Assembly (NCBI GenBank): GCA_050952645.1
Contig: JBMNLI010000015.1
Span: forward strand, 32,640-96,639
DNA: 64,000 bases
Reading direction: 5' to 3'
Origin: Bdellovibrionota bacterium
Lineage (GTDB): Bacteria > Bdellovibrionota_C > UBA2361 > CAKMMH01
Of this stretch, positions 54,386-62,345 are shown one piece after another. A model generated the notes under the pieces. That model was given only the letters and a program-made list of their open reading frames with translations. It was not told the origin of the DNA and did no database searches. Numbering within the stretch: position 1 is the first letter of the stretch; each line of letters starts with the position of its first letter. Both the position numbers and the translations under genes were made by a program.

Positions 54386-54950
54386 AAAATCGCTCGTTAG
54401 CAATAATTGGTTTATGAGTTTTGGAGATTTTCTAACGCTTATTTTATGTTTCTTTTTAGTGTTAATTTCTAATTCTTTTGAAAAATCTGCAAATATTGCA
54501 AGCGATAAGAACAGTGAAAAGGTGGTATATGAAGTAAAAGATGGTGAGTTTTCATTCGTGCTTAATGATGATTTAAAAAATAAAGTAAAGTTTTTTAAAT
54601 TAGATGATTCGCTATTAAGTGATAAAAATGTAAGTGATAAAAATGTAAGTGATAAAAATGTAAGTGATAAAAATTTAGCTAATAAAAAATTAGAGAGTGA
54701 GGCGTTTATATTAAAATTAGAAAATAAAGAATATATAAACAGCGTAGAAAAATTTACAAATCTATTACAATCACTATCTTTTTCTAAAGGTTATGATTTT
54801 AAACTATTAAATTATAAGAACTTTGAGAGCATTAGGGAGTTTTTCGCTGCAAAAGATAAGTTAAAAAGTGAAAATATAGATGTTTCAGAGTTAAAAATGA
54901 GCAAAAACAATGAAAATGAGATAATTTTAAGGATTTATAAAAAAATTTAG
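54375..54950 (+). CDS. motB: MotB-like protein with N-terminal TM but no recognisable OmpA-type peptidoglycan-binding motifs
   Basis: WFMSFGDFLTLILCFFLVL retains the conserved Asp; no GHTD or N..LS..RA motifs; 191 aa. Confidence 0.7.
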   Translation: MTYKKSLVSNNWFMSFGDFLTLILCFFLVLISNSFEKSANIASDKNSEKVVYEVKDGEFSFVLNDDLKNKVKFFKLDDSLLSDKNVSDKNVSDKNVSDKNLANKKLESEAFILKLENKEYINSVEKFTNLLQSLSFSKGYDFKLLNYKNFESIREFFAAKDKLKSENIDVSELKMSKNNENEIILRIYKKI

Positions 54951-55025
54951 GTTCATTTTCCGTTTTTTTGAATCATTACTTATAAGTATAAATTTATAAG
55001 TACAAAATTTTTTAGGATTTTTTAA

Positions 55026-55619
55026 ATGGCTGATTTAAAAGAAGATGAAAATTTAAAAAATGAAAGTAAGAAGAAGACTTTAAACGATAAGACGCTATTG
55101 TACATAGTTGTATCATTGTCTGTAGGGTTTATAGCTGCGCTTTTAGTGTCTTTAATATTTTCACTAATAATTATAAATAAAAAGGAAGATATCGTAGTTA
55201 ATGAGCTATCGCCAGATTTTTTAAGACCTTATGAAGAACAGGCAGAGCAAGCACAAAAAGAGGCAGAGAAGGAAGAAAGTAGCGATCAAGATGAGTTAGA
55301 TGAAGATGAAGAAAGTTTTGGAGCATTTTTTCCTTTAGATAGTTTTGTAGTTAATTTAGTAGGAGGTGGGTTTTTAAAGGCTCAAATATTTATAGAATTT
55401 AAAACTAGAGAAGTGCCTCCTAGTTTTTTAGCAAAAATAGTTCCAGCTAAAGATTCTATTATAGATATTTTAAGCGGTAGGAAAGCTAGTGAACTTAAAA
55501 CCGTGAGAGGAAAAGAGTTATTAAAAACTGATATAAAAGATTTATTAAATACTCTTTTAGGAAGAGAGAAACAGCTAGTAAAAGATATTTATTTTACTAC
55601 TTATATAATAAAGGGATAA
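55026..55619 (+). CDS. fliL: Flagellar basal-body protein FliL
   Basis: Single TM; LDSFVVNL..GFLK..KDSIIDILS..L.T..GKELLK..V.DIYFT. Confidence 0.88.
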   Translation: MADLKEDENLKNESKKKTLNDKTLLYIVVSLSVGFIAALLVSLIFSLIIINKKEDIVVNELSPDFLRPYEEQAEQAQKEAEKEESSDQDELDEDEESFGAFFPLDSFVVNLVGGGFLKAQIFIEFKTREVPPSFLAKIVPAKDSIIDILSGRKASELKTVRGKELLKTDIKDLLNTLLGREKQLVKDIYFTTYIIKG

Positions 55620-55684
55620 TAAAAGAGATAATTAAAGGAATAATTATAATTAAAGGAATAATAAAAGGAATAATAAGGACATAA

Positions 55685-56716
55685 ATGACTAATCAAGTTT
55701 TGACACAAGATGAGATAAATTCTTTGCTAAGAGGGCTATCTGGAAACGAGGTAGAGGATGGAGAAATGGGCTTAGATGGCGAGCTATCCGATGCAAGAAA
55801 GTACGATTTAGCTAACCAAGAGAGAATCGTTAGGGGGCGAATGCCAACTATGGAGCTTATCTATGATAGGTTCGCTAGAGCGTTTAGAACGCAACTCTCT
55901 AAGTTCCTAGGTAGAACTTGTTTCGTAAATGTTGGTGGAATTGAGATGATGAAGTTTGGTGTTTTTATGAAAAAATTGCCACTTCCATCATCGCTTCATA
56001 TTTTTAGAATGGCTCCACTTTCAGGTTATGCTTTAATGGTAGTTTCGGGGTCTATGGTTTTTAGTATTGTAGATAGCTTGTTTGGTGGAAGCGGTCAAGG
56101 CAGTGCTAAGATAGAGGGGCGAGAGTATACGGCTATAGAAAATAGGCTAATAGGAAAGGTAGTAATGATGGCGTTAGATGTTTTGCGAGATGCTTGGGTT
56201 ACGGTTCATCCTCTCGATTTTTTATACGTTCGTTCTGAGTTTAATCCTTTAGCCATAGCGATAGTGCCTCCTACTGATGTAGTAGTTATAGTGACTATGG
56301 AGGTTGAACTCGAGCAAGAAAATACGAGTTTAACTATTTGTATGCCTTATTCTACGATAGAGCCTCTAAGAAATAAACTTGCTACGGGAGTTCAAAGCAC
56401 GAGGCTTGAGGCGGATACTGGGTCTGTTAAAAGAGTAGAAAAAAATATAAAGCAAACTATCGCAAATTTAAGCGTAGAACTAGCACAAGGAAGAATATCT
56501 CCAAGGCAATTTATAGAATTAAAAAAAGGAGACATTATAACTTTAGATACGAATCCATCTGACGAGGCTATCGTGGCAGTTGAGGGGACTCCAAAGTTTT
56601 ATGGATATGTAGGAAGTTATAGAGGCAATAGGGCTATAAAGATAACTAGACCTATTCCAGAGATGGATTTAATAAATTATAGAAACAATGAGGAGCTTTT
56701 GAAAAATGGCGGATAA
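55685..56716 (+). CDS. fliM: Flagellar motor switch protein FliM
   Basis: VLTQDEINSLL, RIVRGRMPTMELI, LFGG.G, EGREYT.IE, C-terminal SpoA domain. Confidence 0.96.
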   Translation: MTNQVLTQDEINSLLRGLSGNEVEDGEMGLDGELSDARKYDLANQERIVRGRMPTMELIYDRFARAFRTQLSKFLGRTCFVNVGGIEMMKFGVFMKKLPLPSSLHIFRMAPLSGYALMVVSGSMVFSIVDSLFGGSGQGSAKIEGREYTAIENRLIGKVVMMALDVLRDAWVTVHPLDFLYVRSEFNPLAIAIVPPTDVVVIVTMEVELEQENTSLTICMPYSTIEPLRNKLATGVQSTRLEADTGSVKRVEKNIKQTIANLSVELAQGRISPRQFIELKKGDIITLDTNPSDEAIVAVEGTPKFYGYVGSYRGNRAIKITRPIPEMDLINYRNNEELLKNGG

Positions 56717-57278
56717 TGAAGAAAAGAAAATAAACGAAGGCAAGTTAGCAGAAAGCGAAACTACTCAAGATGAAACTACTAATAGCGATACTGCTAGCCA
56801 GACTACTAATAACCAAACTACTAATAACCAAGCTACTAATAACAAAGATGTAGTAGTAGAAGGAGAGGTAGAGGGAAAAGATTTAGCTAATCAAGAGATG
56901 GGGGCAAATGGTGCTAATGATGCCGATGAGTTTGAAGCGTTAAGTGATATAGCAAAAGCCGCTCAAGATGTAGCAGATAGTGCAAACGATACGTCTGTAG
57001 GTGCTAGGGCTAGCAATTCTCCAACGCTCGATTATATTTTAGATGTAACGCTACAAGTGTCTGTTGAGGTAGGAAGAGCAAAGATGAGCATTCAAGACCT
57101 TTTACAACTCGGGCAAGGTGCAGTCGTTGGGCTTGAAAAAACTGCAGGCGAGCCTTTAGATATTTTTATGAATGGGAAACAAGTAGCTAAGGGAGAAGCG
57201 GTTATAATAAATGAGAGATTTGGCGTTAGAGTAACTGACGTGATTTCAAGGGAAGAAAGAGCTTTAGGGCTGGCTTAA
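56706..57278 (+). CDS. fliN: Flagellar motor switch protein FliN
   Basis: LDYILDV.L.VSVEVGR, LGQGAVV.L, AGEPLDI, GEAV...FGVR. Confidence 0.95.
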   Translation: MADNEEKKINEGKLAESETTQDETTNSDTASQTTNNQTTNNQATNNKDVVVEGEVEGKDLANQEMGANGANDADEFEALSDIAKAAQDVADSANDTSVGARASNSPTLDYILDVTLQVSVEVGRAKMSIQDLLQLGQGAVVGLEKTAGEPLDIFMNGKQVAKGEAVIINERFGVRVTDVISREERALGLA

Positions 57279-57460
57279 AAGAAAATCGAAGCTAGTGTTA
57301 GCTAGTGGAGATTTTCTTTTGGCTTTGTGTTGTAGGAGAGCGAATGCTAATAAATTGTTTTTGTTAGCTTAAAAGAAAATCGAAGCTAGTGTTAGCTAGT
57401 GGAGATTTTCTTTTGGCTTTGTGTTGTAGGAGAGCGAATGCTAATAAATTGTTTTTGTTA
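57273..57460 (+). repeat. 94-bp direct tandem duplication (2 copies) starting at the fliN stop
   Basis: gcttaaaagaaaatcgaagctagtg...aaattgtttttgtta at 57273 and 57367. Confidence 0.92.
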
Positions 57461-57610
57461 AGCAAGGAGAAAGTAAGAAGAAAGCAAAGAGAAAGTAAAG
57501 AGAAAGCAAGGAGAAAGTAAGAAGAAAGCAAAGAGAAAGTAAGGAGAAAGTAAGGAGAAAGCAAAGAGAAAGTAAGGAGAAAGCAAGAAGAAAGTAAGAG
57601 AGGAGAGTAA
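57461..57610 (+). repeat. 11-bp purine-rich minisatellite (aagYaaRRaga)n, about 13 units
   Basis: agcaaggaga aagtaagaaga aagcaaagaga aagtaaagaga ... Confidence 0.85.
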
Positions 57611-57668
57611 AACCATCTTAAAACGTGAAGAGCTTTTAAAATGGAGCTTAAATTTCAAGGAAGAAAAA

Positions 57669-58496
57669 ATGAGAGTTAGGGAGAAAATTTTAAATAAAAC
57701 TATAAAGAATTTTATATGCGTCTTATTTGTAGCTACAATTTTTGCATCTACAATGACACTAGGTTTTTTCGTAAGTAGCGTATCGGCGTTTGAAAATAAG
57801 AAAGTAGATGTAGGCAATGTTGGCGATGTAAGTAATAAGGTAAATAATGAAAGTGGTGATAAAAATAAAAACAATGTAGCTATCGATAGTGATAAATATA
57901 AAGAAGATATAAAAGATATAGCAGATGAAAACATTCTAACTAATAAAGAAAAGCTAGAGAATGTAAAAAAGATTGTAGATAAGAAAAACAAAGATGGTAA
58001 AAGAAAAGACGATAAGAGAAGAGACAGTAAGAAAAGAGATGGTGCGGATAAAGGCATTAAAAGTAAAGACACTAAAAAAGATTTTCAAGATAGTAGCGAA
58101 GACCCTATAAATATGTATGGAATGAGAATGTTAAGAGCGTTAGGTTTAGTGATAGGTCTGTTATTAGTAATGCTTGCTATTATAAAGAAAACTACTAGCG
58201 GTAAAAATCAAATTGAAAAAGTAGAGAAAATAAAAATTTTAGAAAAAAAGAATCTTAACGCAAAGTCTATATTAGTTTTAGCAAAAGTAGAATCTAAAAA
58301 AGTGCTAATTGGAATTTCAGGAGAAAGCATTAGTATGATAAATCTTGAAGATGATAACTCGTTTAAAGATTTATTAGGCTGCCCTTTAGATGAAAGTGTA
58401 GACCGAGATAAGGTTAGTGATAAGGTTCATGAGGTAGCTAAAAATAAGGATAAAAAATCTAATAATGAAACGAATAAAAAGGTTAGGCAAAATTAA
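57669..58496 (+). CDS. fliO: Flagellar biosynthesis protein FliO-like
   Basis: Between fliN and fliP; TM ALGLVIGLLLVML, IKILEK..L..K..LVL..V..K.VLIG.S; long charged linker. Confidence 0.78.
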   Translation: MRVREKILNKTIKNFICVLFVATIFASTMTLGFFVSSVSAFENKKVDVGNVGDVSNKVNNESGDKNKNNVAIDSDKYKEDIKDIADENILTNKEKLENVKKIVDKKNKDGKRKDDKRRDSKKRDGADKGIKSKDTKKDFQDSSEDPINMYGMRMLRALGLVIGLLLVMLAIIKKTTSGKNQIEKVEKIKILEKKNLNAKSILVLAKVESKKVLIGISGESISMINLEDDNSFKDLLGCPLDESVDRDKVSDKVHEVAKNKDKKSNNETNKKVRQN

Positions 58497-59312
58497 GTGA
58501 GAAAGTTTAGTTTTTTTAAAAAAATATTTTTAATAAGTTTATTTAGTGTATTTTTCACTCCTAGTTTTTCTTTATCGCAAGATGCTATGCAAGGTGGCTC
58601 TAAAGAAGAAGTGGTTTCTCAAATTCCCATAGTATCGCTCGACCTTGATGGCACTAAGCTTGGAAACGATGGCACGGTTTCATCTACGATAAAGCTAGTA
58701 GCTTTAATTTCTTTGATAGCTTTTGCCCCAGCGATGCTTCTTACAATGACCTCTTTTACGAGAATAGCGGTAGTGTTAAGTATGACGAGAACATCGCTAG
58801 GGACGCAGCAAGCGCCTCCTAATATGATTATTACGGGGCTAGCTTTATTTTTAACTTTTTCGATTATGAGTCCAGTGTTTTCGGATATGTATGAGGTAGG
58901 AATTTCTCCTTTAGTTTCGGGAGAGATGGACGCTAAAGAGGCTTTTGATAAATCGATAGAGCCTCTAAAAAAATTTTTAGTTAGGCATTCAAGAGAGAAA
59001 GACTTAGCTTTATTTTTAGATATAACTAAATCGGATATGCCAGAGGCTCCAGAAGATGTGCCACTTTTAGTTGTCATTCCAGCGTTCGTTTTAAGTGAGC
59101 TTAACACGGCTTTTCAGATAGGATTTTTAATAGCGCTTCCATTTTTAGTTTTAGATATGGTAGTATCGGCAGTTTTAACATCGATGAGTATGATAACGCT
59201 TCCCCCTACGGTTATATCATTGCCGTTAAAGCTTATGCTTTTTGTGATAGTAGACGGGTGGCATTTAATAATAGCCTCACTAGTTGAGACTTATCATGTA
59301 GGAGGTGCTTAA
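58497..59312 (+). CDS. fliP: Flagellar export gate protein FliP
   Basis: MTSFTRI, GTQQAPPN, LALFLT, PAFVLSEL.TAFQIGF, ISLPLKLMLFV.VDGW. Confidence 0.96.
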   Translation: MRKFSFFKKIFLISLFSVFFTPSFSLSQDAMQGGSKEEVVSQIPIVSLDLDGTKLGNDGTVSSTIKLVALISLIAFAPAMLLTMTSFTRIAVVLSMTRTSLGTQQAPPNMIITGLALFLTFSIMSPVFSDMYEVGISPLVSGEMDAKEAFDKSIEPLKKFLVRHSREKDLALFLDITKSDMPEAPEDVPLLVVIPAFVLSELNTAFQIGFLIALPFLVLDMVVSAVLTSMSMITLPPTVISLPLKLMLFVIVDGWHLIIASLVETYHVGGA

Positions 59313-59313
59313 G

Positions 59314-59583
59314 ATGAATATAGATGATTTTTTAAGATTAGGGCAATACGCTATAGAGACTGCGATAATGATTTCACTTCCTATGCTTGGTTTTGGTGTT
59401 ATAGCAGGTTTAGCGATAAGCATATTTCAAGCTGCGACACAAATTAACGATGCGGCGCTCGCCTTTATTCCTAAAATAGGTGCTGCTATTATAGGATTAG
59501 TAATTTTTGGACATTTTATGGTTAATAGGCTAGCAACGTTTACTATTACTACTTATGAGCTAATTGGCAATATTATGCCGTAA
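59314..59583 (+). CDS. fliQ: Flagellar export protein FliQ
   Basis: GL.ISIFQAATQIND..L.FIPK; GGAGG RBS before ATG 59314. Confidence 0.95.
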   Translation: MNIDDFLRLGQYAIETAIMISLPMLGFGVIAGLAISIFQAATQINDAALAFIPKIGAAIIGLVIFGHFMVNRLATFTITTYELIGNIMP

Positions 59584-59609
59584 TGTCTTTTTTTAGAAAA
59601 AATAAATAA

Positions 59610-60389
59610 ATGGATTTAAATTTTTTAGAATTACCAAATCTTATATTAAATAGTATAGATACGATTTATACATTTATATTATTATTTTCTAGGTATGCAG
59701 GATTTTTTTTAGTAGTTCCTGGGATAGGTGGTTTTACGGGAGCTAGGTTAAAAATCCCAGCTACTATAATAATGGCGATAGCCTCTACAAAGGTTAGTTT
59801 AATAGCCGTTTTCCCCGAAAATATTATTTTAATGGCGGCAGATATATTATTTGAATTTATAATGGGTTGTATAATAGGTTTTATTCCTTTGATGATAATT
59901 GCAGGGGTAGGGCTTGCAACTCAGCTTTCAAGTAATATGATGGGGTTAAATGCATCGAATATTATAGACCCTATGAGTGGAAAGGCAGTTGGGGCGTTAA
60001 CTAGAATAGTTGAAGACCTTATGGTTTTAGTATTTTTGCTTATAGGTGGTCATTACGTTTTGATAGAGTTTTTAGCGGGAGCAGATAGTCAAATTCAGCC
60101 AGGGGTGTTTAGGTTAGATGCAACTATGGTGGAGTTTTTAGTGCAAAGGGGTGGGCATATATTTGATATGGGAGTTATTTTAGCAGTTCCAGTGGTTGTT
60201 TCACTTCTTCTTACTCAATTTGTGATGGGTTTAATTAGCAAGGCGGTTTCGACTATAAATATATTTATTATAAGTTTTCCTATAACTATTGGTATTGGGC
60301 TTATTTTAATCTCTCTTTCTCTTCCAGAGATGGCAAGCATTATTATAAATGAGTTTAACAGTATAGAAACATTGATGGCGATATTTTAA
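59610..60389 (+). CDS. fliR: Flagellar export protein FliR
   Basis: After fliQ; MGLN...IDP, FLLIGGH, MGLISKA...NIF..SFPI. Confidence 0.92.
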   Translation: MDLNFLELPNLILNSIDTIYTFILLFSRYAGFFLVVPGIGGFTGARLKIPATIIMAIASTKVSLIAVFPENIILMAADILFEFIMGCIIGFIPLMIIAGVGLATQLSSNMMGLNASNIIDPMSGKAVGALTRIVEDLMVLVFLLIGGHYVLIEFLAGADSQIQPGVFRLDATMVEFLVQRGGHIFDMGVILAVPVVVSLLLTQFVMGLISKAVSTINIFIISFPITIGIGLILISLSLPEMASIIINEFNSIETLMAIF

Positions 60390-60503
60390 AGTTCTTTATT
60401 TTATGCAAATTCCTTTAAAGTCAATTTTCTTTTTAAGCTTCGTGGGTGAGTGATACTAATTTTAAGGTCTAAAACCCACCTTAAAACGTGAAGAACTAAA
60501 AAA
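60381..60503 (+). repeat. Dispersed repeat copy overlapping the fliR stop
   Basis: tttattttatgcaaattcctttaaagtcaatttt...cttcgtgggtgagtgatactaattttaaggtctaaaacccaccttaaaacgtgaagaactaaa; closely matches reverse complement of 28081-28180. Confidence 0.8.
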
Positions 60504-60718
60504 TCATAATTTCTATTTTCCCTACTATTACTTTTTAAAAGTGCTAAATGGTACTAGAAAAACTTATAGCATAAAAGAATTAAAATCTATAGAGCGTCGA
60601 TATATGTTGTAGATATATATTGCTGATATATATTGCTGATATATATAGTTGATTATATTATTGTCGATATAAAATTAAAGTCAGGAAAAATTAGGAAGAG
60701 TTTTTTTCTCAATTTGTT

Positions 60719-61312
60719 TTAATAGACTCTTACTAATGCACCAGATTCAAGCATTGAATAAACTTTCTTGATATCATTGCTACCTAATCTTAATCCTTGC
60801 ACATCGAATGAATTAATTTTGCTATCATGGATAGCTAAATTATCATTTAAAAATATCGCAAAATTCCCAAGGGCTCCTTTTACATATCTAGATTTCGAGT
60901 CTCTTCTAGGTGGCACTAAGTTTCTATTGTAATAGTAGCTATCGCTCGCATACCAAAGCGGTGCTTCTTCCTTTGAAAATACGCTATAAATACCCGGCCT
61001 TACTCCGATGTTCCCCTTAAGTAAAATAGTCTCTAATGTGGCATCGCCTCTTTTTATCTCTAAAGTTCTTTCTTTCGTATCTACTAAAAGCCAGTTGCCC
61101 TGAATTTTATTATCCGTAGATAAAAAAGCTACTATTTTAGGAGATACATCACTTTGAAAAGTAGGTAAACTTCCAGAAAGTGCAATCATTCCACTTTTGT
61201 TATAAGTAGGGAGGGACGCCTCTAGTTTATTTAAACCTTGACCGTTAGTGTAAATTGAACATGAACAAAATAATAATGCTGTTAATATATTGATTTTTTT
61301 TGATATTTTCAT
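60719..61312 (-). CDS. L,D-transpeptidase (YkuD)-like lipoprotein, catalytic Cys apparently absent
   Basis: Lipobox-like LLFCSC; G.Y.V..K...P.W, GALG..AI.L...AIH; expected GC.RL reads QGLRL. Confidence 0.7.
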   Translation of the reverse strand: MKISKKINILTALLFCSCSIYTNGQGLNKLEASLPTYNKSGMIALSGSLPTFQSDVSPKIVAFLSTDNKIQGNWLLVDTKERTLEIKRGDATLETILLKGNIGVRPGIYSVFSKEEAPLWYASDSYYYNRNLVPPRRDSKSRYVKGALGNFAIFLNDNLAIHDSKINSFDVQGLRLGSNDIKKVYSMLESGALVRVY

Positions 61313-61422
61313 CGATAACCCTTAATACGTTGCAAATTTATAATATTTTTTGTAAAATTACTTTTATATTATGATGTGTTTTTATAAGAAAAGGTTGCTT
61401 GGCTTTTTAAATTTATTTTAAT

Positions 61423-62145
61423 ATGAAAATCTATAATCTATTTTTTCTAGTAGTGCTTTTTAGCACTTCTTCTTGTGGCTTTTATAATGGCAAAAATATT
61501 AACGATTGTAGCGAGTGTAGTAGCAATAATGCTTATTACAATCGATACGTCGAGATTGCTAGTAAAGAAAACTTATCTAACGAAAGACTTCCACGCCCTG
61601 AACTTGGGCTTAATGATGATATAAAAAGAGAGTTAAATTACTTTTTAAAACAAGATAGAAAGTTTATCTTAAATTCCTTAAATAATAAAAGAAAATTTGA
61701 ACCAATGATTTTAAAGGTATTTGATGATCACGGAGTACCAGGGGAGCTAGCTACTGTTGCGCTAATTGAAAGTAAGTATGAGCCAAACGCCGTAAGTCGC
61801 TCAGGAGCAGCAGGAATGTGGCAGTTTATGAAAGCAACGGGCGAGGATTACGGGCTTTCTATAAATTATTCAAATGATGAAAGACACGACCCAGTGCTTT
61901 CTACCATAGCGGCTGCAAAGCATTTAAAAGATTTATACGTAAAATATAACGATTGGTTTTTAGCTCTAGCTGCATATAATGCTGGCATTGGAACTGTAAA
62001 TAAGACTATGAATAAAGCGAATAGTAGCGATTTTTGGGAAATAAAAAAATTGTTTCGAGAGCAAACTCAGCGCTACGTCGCAAGATTTGTAGCCGTAAAT
62101 ATAATCTTACAAGACTTAGATTATTGGGGATTTAAGATGGAATAA
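61423..62145 (+). CDS. Lytic transglycosylase (MltD-like SLT domain) lipoprotein
   Basis: ALIES, AVSRSGAAGMWQFM, DERHDP, LALAAYNAG, QTQRYV. Confidence 0.92.
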   Translation: MKIYNLFFLVVLFSTSSCGFYNGKNINDCSECSSNNAYYNRYVEIASKENLSNERLPRPELGLNDDIKRELNYFLKQDRKFILNSLNNKRKFEPMILKVFDDHGVPGELATVALIESKYEPNAVSRSGAAGMWQFMKATGEDYGLSINYSNDERHDPVLSTIAAAKHLKDLYVKYNDWFLALAAYNAGIGTVNKTMNKANSSDFWEIKKLFREQTQRYVARFVAVNIILQDLDYWGFKME

Positions 62146-62345
62146 AAAAATAGAGCAGTAAAATAGATAAAATAAAAAATAAATATTTAAGTTTTCAAAA
62201 TTTTATAAATCTCATAAGATTGTAGCTCTTAGTATATTATGTTTCTATAATATATACTTGTTTGTTCTAGAGATATGTTTTAGAGATATATTTTAAAATG
62301 TGTGTTTTCACATTTAAAAAGAAAAAAGTTTTTTTAAGGCTAGTT

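Noticed and set aside
57364..58072. Leu/Ser/Phe-rich minus-strand ORFs (66 and 204 aa)
   Set aside because: Arise from the purine minisatellite and the antisense of fliO
60595..60670. 13-bp gatatatattgct tandem, and similar short tandems at 34021-34073, 46876-46925 and 55615-55680, as iterons or operators
   Set aside because: Low-complexity, degenerate and not linked to a rep or regulator gene; consistent with general slippage
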